64,000 nt of DNA. Source: an uncultured Candidatus Actinomarina sp. (GTDB taxonomy: Bacteria > Actinomycetota > Acidimicrobiia > Actinomarinales > Actinomarinaceae). This document shows positions 16,554 through 26,006 of this stretch, piece after piece (positions within the stretch are counted from its first letter, which is position 1; each line of letters begins with the position of its first letter). Location of the stretch: NCBI GenBank assembly GCA_902534495.1, contig CACAQC010000001.1, positions 91,741 to 155,740 on the forward strand, read 5' to 3'. The translations under genes and the position numbers were made by a program. The notes below the pieces were generated by a model. That model had not been told where the DNA came from. It worked only from the letters and a program-made list of their open reading frames with translations, and made no database searches.

Positions 16554-17679
16554 AGTACTCTTTATATCTCCAACTACTTACTCTGATCCCATAACAAAAG
16601 ATATTCAAATAAAATTTAAGTCTCTCTCAAAAGTTTGTAATCCTATAGTCTTTGCATTTAGTGATAAAAAATCTACGACAGTTATAGAGGGTGTCGAGAC
16701 TATTTTTAATAAAAAAAACAAAAATAGGTTTTTAAATTACCTTAAAATAATTTTTTTATTTTTTTTCAAGATACCATCTATTGTTAAGAATCAAAATGTA
16801 GAAATTATATGCTTGCAAGATCCTATTACTGGTTTTTTTGTAATTCTTTCTTTAAAAATAAGAAAACTACCAGTAAAAATTGTAGTTGAAACTCATGGAG
16901 ATTTTATAGACACTATTAACCTTGAAAAGAATTTGTTACTTCCAAAACTTTATTCCTCAATATTTAGCTATCTAGCTAAATATTCAATTAAAAATGCTGA
17001 TTTAATTAGATCTATCTCTGACTTTACTGAAAAGCAAGTCTTGAAATTTGGATATGAAGGTTCATTTGTCCGTTTTCCAGCTTGGATAAATATTGACAAT
17101 TACCTTAATGCTGAAATAGACAGATCATTTATAGATACGTTTAAAATAATTTTTGTTGGTAGTGTTACTGAAAGAAAGAATCCAAAGATAATTATTGAAT
17201 CGATAGAGACAATTGATACAAAGATCTCAATCGAGATAATTGGACAGACACCAAACTTAAAGTATTTAAAAGAATTGAAAGAAGTTATTTCTCAATCAAA
17301 GCATTCACAAAATATTATTTTGACACCATTTATTCCATCAAAAGAGTTAATAAAAAAGTACTCTTCTGCAAACTTATTTATTCTCCCTTCAAAATCTGAA
17401 GGTCTAGGCAGGGTCATAATTGAAGCTCAGTCGACAGCATGCCCTGTACTAGTATCAAGTAATACCGGAATGACAGATTTAATAATTGAGAATGAAACTG
17501 GCTATATATTCGAAAATAATAATATACAAGATTTAAAAGATAAAATTGAGTACATTATTAAAAATTATGACACTGCTGTTCAAGCTGGTTTAAATTCAAG
17601 AGAATTTGTCAAAGATAATCAAAGTGTTAAAAATTTTGAGTTTGGTTACAAAAAATTGTTTGATTTAGTATTAACGTAA
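16546..17679 (+). CDS. GT-B glycosyltransferase, family 4-like
   Basis: C-terminal EGLGRVIIEAQSTACPVLVSSNTGMTDLIIENETGYIF (EX7E-type motif). It has an 8-nt ATGAATAA overlap with the hydrolase gene. Confidence 0.8.
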   Translation: MNKVLFISPTTYSDPITKDIQIKFKSLSKVCNPIVFAFSDKKSTTVIEGVETIFNKKNKNRFLNYLKIIFLFFFKIPSIVKNQNVEIICLQDPITGFFVILSLKIRKLPVKIVVETHGDFIDTINLEKNLLLPKLYSSIFSYLAKYSIKNADLIRSISDFTEKQVLKFGYEGSFVRFPAWINIDNYLNAEIDRSFIDTFKIIFVGSVTERKNPKIIIESIETIDTKISIEIIGQTPNLKYLKELKEVISQSKHSQNIILTPFIPSKELIKKYSSANLFILPSKSEGLGRVIIEAQSTACPVLVSSNTGMTDLIIENETGYIFENNNIQDLKDKIEYIIKNYDTAVQAGLNSREFVKDNQSVKNFEFGYKKLFDLVLT

Positions 17680-17709
17680 CATTTTTGAAGTAATGATAAT
17701 ATAAAAAAT

Positions 17710-18813
17710 ATGGATTATGAAATAATTATATTAATTGCACTAATTACAGGCTTTGCCTTTCTATTTCTTAAGTTAAATAAATTATCTCAGACAAATAAAG
17801 AAGAAGAACAATTAGATAGTGAACTAGACGATAAATCAAAAATATATCTGCAAAATGCAATAGATGGATTATTAAAAGATGAAAACTCAAAAATATTTAG
17901 CATATTAGATGCACAAAAATCAGCATTTGATAAATTTTTGATAAGTAAAGGTGAGATTGACCAATCAATTCAAAACGTCAATCAACAAACAATGAATCTG
18001 GTTTCAATACTAACAGACAACAAATCTAGAGGTGACTTCGGTGAGTTTACTGTTGAAGCCTTACTTGAATCTGCAGGATATGTTGAAGGCTCCCATTTTG
18101 TTAAACAAGATATAACAAAAGATGGTAAAAAACCTGATTTTACTTTTTACCTTGGAAACAATAAAAAAGTAAATATGGACAGTAAATTTCCATTAGAGGG
18201 CTACAAGAGAATAATAGAACTAGAAAAAGATTTTAAAAATCCAGAAAATGATGAAGTAAACAAACAAAATATTCAAAAAAGTATTGATTTGGAAACTAAA
18301 GATTTCTTGAATACTGTTCGTGATACAATCCGCGATACATCAAAAAAACCAGGTTATGTTGACATAAACGAAAACACAATTCCATACATGGTTATCTACA
18401 TACCAGTCGAGAACATATTTCAGATGTTATTAAACAGTTCAATACCTTCTTCCGGACAACCTTTTATCGAATATGCATCAGAGCAAAAGGTGATGCTTGC
18501 AGGACCTGCTACTTTACTAATGCAATTAGAAATTATTAAACATTCGCAGAAAGTCTTTGCAATGTATGAGAAAACAAGCGATATTGCAGAGATGAATGAA
18601 AAGTTTTATTCTGAAGCACAAAAATTTGTTTTAGCTATTGAAAAAGTTAATAAAGATTTAACTTCAACTCAGGACAGTTTTGGGAAGCTTACGGCATTGA
18701 GAATGAACCAATTAAACAATAGATATAAAGAATTAAGAGAGGCTATTGATAATTCTAATGAAAGCCCTCTGGATGAAATAATTGATCAAGTAAAAGCTGA
18801 AGAGAACGATTAA
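17710..18813 (+). CDS. rmuC: DNA recombination protein RmuC
   Basis: N-terminal TM helix, coiled coil, then an RmuC nuclease-like core (RGDFGEFTVEALLESAG, KPDFTFYLGNNKKVNMDSKFPL). Confidence 0.8.
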   Translation: MDYEIIILIALITGFAFLFLKLNKLSQTNKEEEQLDSELDDKSKIYLQNAIDGLLKDENSKIFSILDAQKSAFDKFLISKGEIDQSIQNVNQQTMNLVSILTDNKSRGDFGEFTVEALLESAGYVEGSHFVKQDITKDGKKPDFTFYLGNNKKVNMDSKFPLEGYKRIIELEKDFKNPENDEVNKQNIQKSIDLETKDFLNTVRDTIRDTSKKPGYVDINENTIPYMVIYIPVENIFQMLLNSSIPSSGQPFIEYASEQKVMLAGPATLLMQLEIIKHSQKVFAMYEKTSDIAEMNEKFYSEAQKFVLAIEKVNKDLTSTQDSFGKLTALRMNQLNNRYKELREAIDNSNESPLDEIIDQVKAEEND

Positions 18814-19193
18814 AAAACTTTAGCCTCTACCATAATGCATTTATCGTCAATAAAATTTTTATTTTTATTAATTAACAATGTTGTGATTTCTTTGCTTTCA
18901 GCACCTGGTTGATACCAAAAATTATCAAAATCATTTTCAACCAGCTCTTTAGTTATTTTAAAGCCTGTTTTTGGTGGTACTACAAAGTTAATAATGGACG
19001 GTACATCGTTTAGATACAGTACACTTTCATATGACTTTATACCCGCTACATAATCTTCTTTATTATTTATTGGTGCTACATTGTATCCTTTTGAAATAAG
19101 ATCTAATAAAATTTTGTTGCCATATTTTTTGGGATCGTTACTTGCACCAACTATTGCTATTAGATTATTTTTATTTTGTAGAGTTTCAAGCAA
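18810..19193 (-). CDS. CoA-binding domain protein (YccU/YneT-like)
   Basis: IAIVGASNDPKKYGNKILLDLISKGYNVAPIN matches the CoA_binding_2 pattern. The TTG start directly abuts the fadE TAA stop. Confidence 0.7.
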   Translation of the reverse strand: MLETLQNKNNLIAIVGASNDPKKYGNKILLDLISKGYNVAPINNKEDYVAGIKSYESVLYLNDVPSIINFVVPPKTGFKITKELVENDFDNFWYQPGAESKEITTLLINKNKNFIDDKCIMVEAKVF

Positions 19194-20981
19194 TTAAAAG
19201 CTTTCTGCTTTCATATTGTAAAGATCTTCTTTACCAGCTGTGACAGATGAAGCATAGCCCGAAGATAGAGGTAAAAGTTGTTCAATGTAAAATTTTGATA
19301 GTGTTATTTTATCTTGATAAAAATCATCTCCTGTTTCCTCAAATTTATTAGTTGCTAAAATTGCAGCTTTACCCATGTAGTATCCACCAAGGACCTGTCC
19401 AAACATTTTTAAATATGGTGTAGCACCTGCACTAGCATCAACCAGCTCACCCTCTAACATTTTTGAACCTAACCACAGAGTTACTTCAGACAATCTATCA
19501 ACCTCAACTTTTAATTTTTGAGCCAAATCTGAGAGTAATTCGCCACCTTCATTCATTTCATCTATAACTTTATTTACGTCTGCAAGCAGTCTTTGCATAG
19601 CTTGTCCGTTATCAAGTGGCAATTTTCTAAACATTAAATCTAAAGCTTGAATACCATTCGTTCCTTCATAAATTGGTGCAATTCGAGAATCTCTTAAATA
19701 TTGGGCTACTCCAGTTTCTTCAACATATCCCATTCCACCATAGACTTGAATAGCTATGGATGATAATTCAACACCAAGATCTGATATCCATGCTTTTGTA
19801 ATAGGTGTGAGGATACCACATCTCTCTTCTCCAAATTCTTTTAACTCCCCTTCAGCAAAGTACTCTAAATCAAGCATTAATTGGTTGTCATACATGAGAT
19901 ATCTCATAGCATCAACATATGACTTGATTGTCATTAGCATTCGTCTGACGTCTGCATGATCAATAATAGTTGATTTCTTAGCGTCTTCTTTTGACATACC
20001 AACTGGCCTACCTTGAACTCTATCACGAGCATATTGAGATGCTCCCTGAAGAGCGCCTGAGGCACATGCTAAACCTTGTCCACCTACCCAAACTCTTGCC
20101 TCGTTCATCATGGTAAACATGTAATTTAATCCACGATTCTCTTCACCGACTAAGTAGCCAGTAGAACCGTCATACTCCATCACGCATGTCGGACTTGCGT
20201 GTATACCAAGTTTTTCTTCAATTGAAATACAAGAAACATTATTATTATCACCTAAAGAACCATCATCATTAATTTTTACTTTTGGAACAATAAACATGGA
20301 AATTCCTTTTGTCCCTTCAGGAGAACCAGGAACTTTAGCAAGAACTAAGTGGATTATATTTTCAGTCATATTGTGTTCGCCAAAAGTAATCCAAACTTTT
20401 GTACCAGTAATACTGTAAGTGCCATCATCTTGTTTTTCAGCTTTTGTTGTTATAGTTCCTAAATCTGAACCTGACTGAGGTTCACTAAGATTCATTGTTC
20501 CAGTCCATTCACCAGATACTAATTTCGGGAGAAAAGTGTCTTTTTGTTCCTGACTTCCATGAAAATTAATTGCTGAAATTGCTCCAGCACTTAAACCTGG
20601 AGCCAGACCAAATGCTAAGTTTGCAGTACTTAATATTTCTAATGTACCACCAGATAAAGTTATTGGTTGGCCTCCACCTCCGATTTCTTCAGGCAAAGAA
20701 ATTGATGCCCATCCAGCTTCTGCAAATTTTTTATAAGCATCAATAAATTCTTGAGGCATTTTTACAACACCATTATCAATTGTTGCACCTTGTTGATCGC
20801 CAATCGCATTAATAGGAGCAAGTACTTCTTCTGAAAATTTTGCACACTCTTCCATTGTTGGAATTACTATATCTTCAGAAAAATCACTAAATTCAGAAAT
20901 TTTGTTCAAAATATTATATGAATCAATAACTTCATATCCAAAAGTAATATCTTTAACCGGAGCTTTAAAGGGTACTGCCAT
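19194..20981 (-). CDS. fadE: Long-type acyl-CoA dehydrogenase
   Basis: 595 aa with ACAD motifs (WTGTMNLSEPQSGSD, YEGTNGIQALDL) plus an extended C-terminal domain. Confidence 0.9.
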   Translation of the reverse strand: MAVPFKAPVKDITFGYEVIDSYNILNKISEFSDFSEDIVIPTMEECAKFSEEVLAPINAIGDQQGATIDNGVVKMPQEFIDAYKKFAEAGWASISLPEEIGGGGQPITLSGGTLEILSTANLAFGLAPGLSAGAISAINFHGSQEQKDTFLPKLVSGEWTGTMNLSEPQSGSDLGTITTKAEKQDDGTYSITGTKVWITFGEHNMTENIIHLVLAKVPGSPEGTKGISMFIVPKVKINDDGSLGDNNNVSCISIEEKLGIHASPTCVMEYDGSTGYLVGEENRGLNYMFTMMNEARVWVGGQGLACASGALQGASQYARDRVQGRPVGMSKEDAKKSTIIDHADVRRMLMTIKSYVDAMRYLMYDNQLMLDLEYFAEGELKEFGEERCGILTPITKAWISDLGVELSSIAIQVYGGMGYVEETGVAQYLRDSRIAPIYEGTNGIQALDLMFRKLPLDNGQAMQRLLADVNKVIDEMNEGGELLSDLAQKLKVEVDRLSEVTLWLGSKMLEGELVDASAGATPYLKMFGQVLGGYYMGKAAILATNKFEETGDDFYQDKITLSKFYIEQLLPLSSGYASSVTAGKEDLYNMKAESF

Positions 20982-21022
20982 AGACCTTTATAATATCAGA
21001 TATTTTAAAAAAGTATAAATTA

Positions 21023-21874
21023 CTACCGTGGGTTTACTTCGACTAGTTTAGAAATTTCCTCTATTTTTTCAATCGTAGGCTGGTCATTAGTACCAGCTAC
21101 TATTGCACCTGCAGCACATGCTTTTTTTATAGTTGATATTAAATCTTCAATACCAAAAGCTGCAATATATGCAGCTGTTGTATCACCAGCTCCATTAGCG
21201 TTTATTGTTTTAAAATCTGGTGGAACTATTTCTATTGTTCCTTCAAGGCTGATTAATCTTGCAGGTAAATTTGATGATGTTAATAAAATATATCTTATAA
21301 CTTCAGATTCAATCAGTTCATTTGCCTCACTTACACTAATTTCATCTTTACTAACTGTTAAAAAGTCTAATTTGTAATCTATTTCATATTCATAACCTGC
21401 TTGACTTATGAATAAGCCTCTATTTGATTCAATTTTTTTTATGTCCTCTCTGACAAATTCAATTGAGTATCTATCAAGCATAAGAGAATCATATGAACTA
21501 ATGTTTTCAAAGTTATTCCAATTAAGTTTTTGGTAACCAGAAGATACGATTGTTCTTTCTCCACTTGAATCTATAAATATTGAGCAAGTTGGTGTATCAC
21601 TTTCATCAATTATTAAGCTATCGTGATTAATATTTTTTGATTTTAAGTAATCAATTAAATAATTACCCATTGGATCTGTACCTAAACTATTCCCTCTAAC
21701 ATGAACCAATTTATTCCATAAAACAATCTTCTCAGCGCAGTTAATTGCGGTACCACCTGCTCTTATAAGTGAATTTGAACTCCTAATATCATCACCTCTT
21801 TTTGGTAATTCATCAACAAAGTAAATTAAATCAGGATTCAAAGATCCAAAGCAGAGTATTTTTTTATAAGACAT
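21023..21874 (-). CDS. PfkB-family carbohydrate/nucleoside kinase
   Basis: The ribokinase-like N-terminus GSLNPDL...GGTAINCA and the C-terminal NANGAGDTTAAY anion-hole motif are both present. Confidence 0.75.
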   Translation of the reverse strand: MSYKKILCFGSLNPDLIYFVDELPKRGDDIRSSNSLIRAGGTAINCAEKIVLWNKLVHVRGNSLGTDPMGNYLIDYLKSKNINHDSLIIDESDTPTCSIFIDSSGERTIVSSGYQKLNWNNFENISSYDSLMLDRYSIEFVREDIKKIESNRGLFISQAGYEYEIDYKLDFLTVSKDEISVSEANELIESEVIRYILLTSSNLPARLISLEGTIEIVPPDFKTINANGAGDTTAAYIAAFGIEDLISTIKKACAAGAIVAGTNDQPTIEKIEEISKLVEVNPR

Positions 21875-21895
21875 AAGTTAAATTTAAGCTTTTAT

Positions 21896-23863
21896 CTAAA
21901 CTAGACCACTAATTACTGCACCCGCAACAAGTATTGTAATGTAGCTAAACAGACCACCTACTATAGCCGCTAGCTTCATGCTTCGGGATATGGCACTTGG
22001 CCCGGCAAGGTGATAAACAAGAACACCAAAAAACGGAACAAGATAAACCACCCCCAACCATACATATTTCATCGTTCCATTCACTCTGTCGTTAGAATCA
22101 ATATCCTTTATTGCTAAAGCAGCCCAAGCAGCATACAACACAAACGGCATTAAGTATCCGTAAAGTTGAAACAATAGCTGCCATAGTGTTGGACTTGAAA
22201 TTGGAACACCACTCATAATTATCTCCTTTTTCGCATTGTAGTAATTGTCTAAATCCTCATTCAGTAAGTTTGTAGGCACTTCTATTTCCTCTAGGTTTGG
22301 TATGTAAAATAAATTTATAGCTGGAGATGGTTTATTAATATCATAAAACTCCATATTTTTTTGTTCTTTGGGCCAGGGGTACTCTTTGTATCTATCTTTG
22401 TCTAGATTTGTAGTCTGTGCATCTGCGAAAAATCCAGCTAGCATCATAAGCCCTGAAGGGTCACCTTGTAATGGAAATCTTCCAAGAACATTTGTCGAAC
22501 CCATAGAAGAACAGTTATGAACCTGTTCAAGTAAAGGAGGTGTACTTGTTTGATAAATATTATTTTCAAAACAGTTTCCTGGCCCCCATGGTCCTGCCAA
22601 AGCTAAATCTGTATAACCAGAATCTAAAACAACATTATCAACAATGTTTACATGTTGGGAGAAGTATAAATTTGCATCAAGCATTGGACTTGCAACAATA
22701 CCATATCGGTCATGATTGATTACTAAGTTTTTTTCAATGATATCACCAACCCTTCCTGGAACAACGATGCCCATACCTTTAGCCACTACTCCAAACCGGT
22801 TTGTAGGGGCTTCATAGTTATTATTGTCAATTACAAGGTTTCCAACGATTGTTGTTTCCCTACCTGGAGGGTTGAGTTCAGAATCAAGAGTATTTGGCAC
22901 AATACCTGACATATTATTTCGCCAAATATTATTGTAAAGATAAAGATGACCTCCTGCGTTGGTTCCTGAATATCCTAATGCATTACCTTCTACTACATTA
23001 TCGTAGATTAGAGAATTACATGGATAGCATTGACCGATATAAATTCCACTATCTGGGTGACCAGAGGCGTATATATTATCAAATACACCGTCAGTCGAAT
23101 TAAATGCATAAACACCATAATCTCCATTGTTGTAAACAGTTAAATAGGATCCTTTGAATCCTTTTGCGGTATTCCAATACACGCCATTTAGTGTAAAATT
23201 TCTCACAGATAAATTTTCAACTGTTACACCGTCAGTATCATAGATTTGTATTCCATTTTCACTCATAAATTGACCATCTATTATTACTTTGTTTCGATCA
23301 GTACCCCTCAGTGTTAAATATGAAGTAGTAACAGTTATACTTTCGTTATAAACTCCAGAATTAATCAGAATCAAGTCTCCTTCTTTTGCGACATCAACAG
23401 CATCTTGAATTTTTGTAAATTCTTTTCCTTCCCCAACATTTAAAACATTCTCACTTAAAGTCACAACAACTTTTTTAGGCTCAACAGCATAATCAACATC
23501 ACCTACAATGACCGTTCCAACCATTCCTTTGTTGTTAGTTCCATGGTATGGGCAATAATATTCATAAATTCCAGGCTCATTAAATGTATGTTCATATTGG
23601 TCACCTTTTGTAATAATTCCGTACTCAAAATAGTCTGATGATATCGCCTGCCAGGAACCATCACTTGCAATTACATTATGGTCATTTGCTCCACCAGATT
23701 CCCAAATTACTGTCGTACCAGGCTCAACTCTAATTACTTTAGGAGAGAATTCATCGTCAACTACTCTCACAACTTGTGGATCTAAGTTAGCAGATTCCTC
23801 ACCTCCACATGCGATAATAAGCATGAGAAAAGACAAAAAAAGTATGCGCAGAAAATTATGCAT
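21896..23863 (-). CDS. Lipoprotein fusing a cupredoxin domain, a NosD-like right-handed beta-helix and a C-terminal PLDc_N-like 3-TM domain
   Basis: Lipobox LIIAC. Type-1 copper ligand pattern (NDHNV ... YYCPYHGTNNKGMVG). Beta-helix repeats follow (IQDAVDVAKEGDLILINSGVYNESITV, LRGTDRNKVIIDG, many N/G-rich turns). The C-terminus YVWLGVVYLVPFFGVLVYHLAGP resembles the cardiolipin-synthase N-terminal (PLDc_N) membrane domain. Confidence 0.7.
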   Translation of the reverse strand: MHNFLRILFLSFLMLIIACGGEESANLDPQVVRVVDDEFSPKVIRVEPGTTVIWESGGANDHNVIASDGSWQAISSDYFEYGIITKGDQYEHTFNEPGIYEYYCPYHGTNNKGMVGTVIVGDVDYAVEPKKVVVTLSENVLNVGEGKEFTKIQDAVDVAKEGDLILINSGVYNESITVTTSYLTLRGTDRNKVIIDGQFMSENGIQIYDTDGVTVENLSVRNFTLNGVYWNTAKGFKGSYLTVYNNGDYGVYAFNSTDGVFDNIYASGHPDSGIYIGQCYPCNSLIYDNVVEGNALGYSGTNAGGHLYLYNNIWRNNMSGIVPNTLDSELNPPGRETTIVGNLVIDNNNYEAPTNRFGVVAKGMGIVVPGRVGDIIEKNLVINHDRYGIVASPMLDANLYFSQHVNIVDNVVLDSGYTDLALAGPWGPGNCFENNIYQTSTPPLLEQVHNCSSMGSTNVLGRFPLQGDPSGLMMLAGFFADAQTTNLDKDRYKEYPWPKEQKNMEFYDINKPSPAINLFYIPNLEEIEVPTNLLNEDLDNYYNAKKEIIMSGVPISSPTLWQLLFQLYGYLMPFVLYAAWAALAIKDIDSNDRVNGTMKYVWLGVVYLVPFFGVLVYHLAGPSAISRSMKLAAIVGGLFSYITILVAGAVISGLV

Positions 23864-23908
23864 ACTAAATTTTACCTAGCTCTATTTGCAGATTCCATCT
23901 AAAAAAAA

Positions 23909-24757
23909 TTAAGCTTGAATCCAATCTTCGGGATTATCATCGACAAAAAAGTCAGATACTAGCTTTGCTTCTGGATTTACTGCGTATCTTTCAAAATCAG
24001 TAACACCTTCTTCTTCAAGGACATCTTGATCTAAAAAGAAATTACCAGTACATGATGCAGAGTCTCTTTTAAGAACAGCATATGCTGCATCAGCATATAT
24101 TGATGGCATTCTAGAACCTTGTACTAGTTCTGCTCCAATTACATTTCTTACAGCTGCTGTGTCAAGTGAGGTTCTTGGCCAGAGACAATTAGACGCTACA
24201 TTATGCTTTGCGAGTTCCTCAGCTAGACCATGAGCAACAAGCGACATCCCATATTTTGCGGTTGTGTAAGCAAGGGTCATTCCGAACCACTTCCGAGCTA
24301 TATCTAAAGGAGGTGAGAGTGTTAAAATATGTGCGTTATCTCCTTTAATGAGATGTGGTATACATTTTTGGCTCAACATAAAAGTACCTCTTACATTGAT
24401 GTTATGCATCAAGTCATATCTTTTCATAGGTGTATTTACAGTATCAGTAAGATGTATAGCGCTTGCGTTATTAATGCATATGTCTATACCACCAAACTTA
24501 CTTGCTGTTTCCTCAACAGCAGCCTCTACTTGATCTTCAAATCTAATATCACAAACTATCGGAAGTGGATTGCCTCCAACTTCCTTAATTTCATCTGCAG
24601 CTGTAAAGATTGTTCCTGGGAGTGTTGGATGTGGTTCTGTAGTTTTCGCTAAAATTGCAACATTTGCTCCATCTTTGCCAAGTGCCTTTGCAATCTCTAG
24701 ACCAACTCCACGAGAGCCTCCGCTCATAATTATTGTTTTATTTTTAAAGTATGTCAT
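23909..24757 (-). CDS. Short-chain dehydrogenase/reductase (HSDL2-like)
   Basis: IIMSGGSRGVGLEIA cofactor motif, NNAS, and catalytic YTTAKYG (YxxxK). Confidence 0.85.
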   Translation of the reverse strand: MTYFKNKTIIMSGGSRGVGLEIAKALGKDGANVAILAKTTEPHPTLPGTIFTAADEIKEVGGNPLPIVCDIRFEDQVEAAVEETASKFGGIDICINNASAIHLTDTVNTPMKRYDLMHNINVRGTFMLSQKCIPHLIKGDNAHILTLSPPLDIARKWFGMTLAYTTAKYGMSLVAHGLAEELAKHNVASNCLWPRTSLDTAAVRNVIGAELVQGSRMPSIYADAAYAVLKRDSASCTGNFFLDQDVLEEEGVTDFERYAVNPEAKLVSDFFVDDNPEDWIQA

Positions 24758-24873
24758 TTGTATATTCTATTAAAAATGCGTAATTTCTGTAGAGTCTTTT
24801 GTCGAAAGTACATTCGTCTAAGTACCTACAGTGAAATATTTGATTTTATTCGATTACAAGATTGGCTTTTATA

Positions 24874-25989
24874 TTAATTTTGGCTTGCCGCAACACTTGC
24901 AATGATAATTATTAAAGTTATCACACCTGCGGATGCAATTAAAACTTCATTTCTGGTAATTTTTATTTTTGGTGCCGAACTCATCACACTCGCAAATAAC
25001 AGTATTGCAGCTGAAATTATTAAGGCAAACAAAGGTGCGTAATCATGAAAATTAAGGAAAACTTGAGCAATCGCAACGGATATGACTCCACCTACAACAA
25101 TAGCCCCTAATGGAATAACAATAGAACCAACAATCCTATTTCTAATTTTATTAGCTTCGGTATTTTCATCACTCTCCAATCCCTTAGGAACTCCTAAAAT
25201 CATTGAAAGTACTGAAATTGCTGCTTGTATGATTGTTGATAAAATCACTATTCTCCAAAATGCTCCTCCAACACTAATAAGGTTTGTGACAGGATCTTCG
25301 GGTAAAATTCCTAGAATTGTTTGACCGACACTATTTACAATATAAAAAGCTGATGAGGAGCCAAACACAAGACCTAGTCCGACACCAGTGTATATAGATT
25401 CCCGATCATTTGTTAGCACCCCAAAACCCTCATAATTAGTTTCTAGAAATTTTTTGATATTTAAGGAATTTAATGCCCCAATAAACGCAGTTGTTAATGA
25501 AACAATAAGTACAAAAGAAACAGTACTATATTCTGCAATTAGTTTTTGGGTTTCGGCTTCTAAAATTAAACCATCATAAAGAAAAGAACTTGCAAGCAGT
25601 CCTTGAATGAATCCTGCTAAAACTCCAAAACCGAGTCCATACTTTATAGACTTTAAAATTTTTTGACTTATAGAAACGGGTGGAGGTGCATCGTCAACTA
25701 CAACAGTAGCTATAGCACTGATTTCTTCAGCCTGTATTTCAAGAGGTAATTCTTCAACAATCTCTTCTGTTTCATCTTCTATAACTTGCTTTTCAACATC
25801 TACCTCTATTTTTTCAACGGTAGTCACTTCTGAAACAGGGGTCGGTATTGAATCACCACCACTCCAGTTATTTAATATATCATCTGAAGAGACGCCAGTT
25901 GCTTCTGCCCTAGCTTGAATAGATCTAGATAATAAATCTAGTGGTATACCACTAGAGCTACTAAGCTGTTCTAATTTTTGTCCATCCAT
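24874..25989 (-). CDS. Hypothetical membrane protein: soluble N-domain, acidic linker, about 7 TM
   Basis: 371 aa. It starts 17 nt after the ctaG stop on the same strand. I recognise no motif and see no haem-binding CxxCH. Confidence 0.5.
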   Translation of the reverse strand: MDGQKLEQLSSSSGIPLDLLSRSIQARAEATGVSSDDILNNWSGGDSIPTPVSEVTTVEKIEVDVEKQVIEDETEEIVEELPLEIQAEEISAIATVVVDDAPPPVSISQKILKSIKYGLGFGVLAGFIQGLLASSFLYDGLILEAETQKLIAEYSTVSFVLIVSLTTAFIGALNSLNIKKFLETNYEGFGVLTNDRESIYTGVGLGLVFGSSSAFYIVNSVGQTILGILPEDPVTNLISVGGAFWRIVILSTIIQAAISVLSMILGVPKGLESDENTEANKIRNRIVGSIVIPLGAIVVGGVISVAIAQVFLNFHDYAPLFALIISAAILLFASVMSSAPKIKITRNEVLIASAGVITLIIIIASVAASQN

Positions 25990-26006
25990 AATAAATCTAT
26001 ATAATT

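Noticed and set aside
20992-21004. Palindrome AATATC-A-GATATT upstream of fadE, considered as a FadR/TetR-type operator.
   Set aside because: It has only 6-bp AT-rich arms. My rough estimate is that such a match is expected by chance in AT-rich intergenic DNA, and no regulator gene is adjacent.
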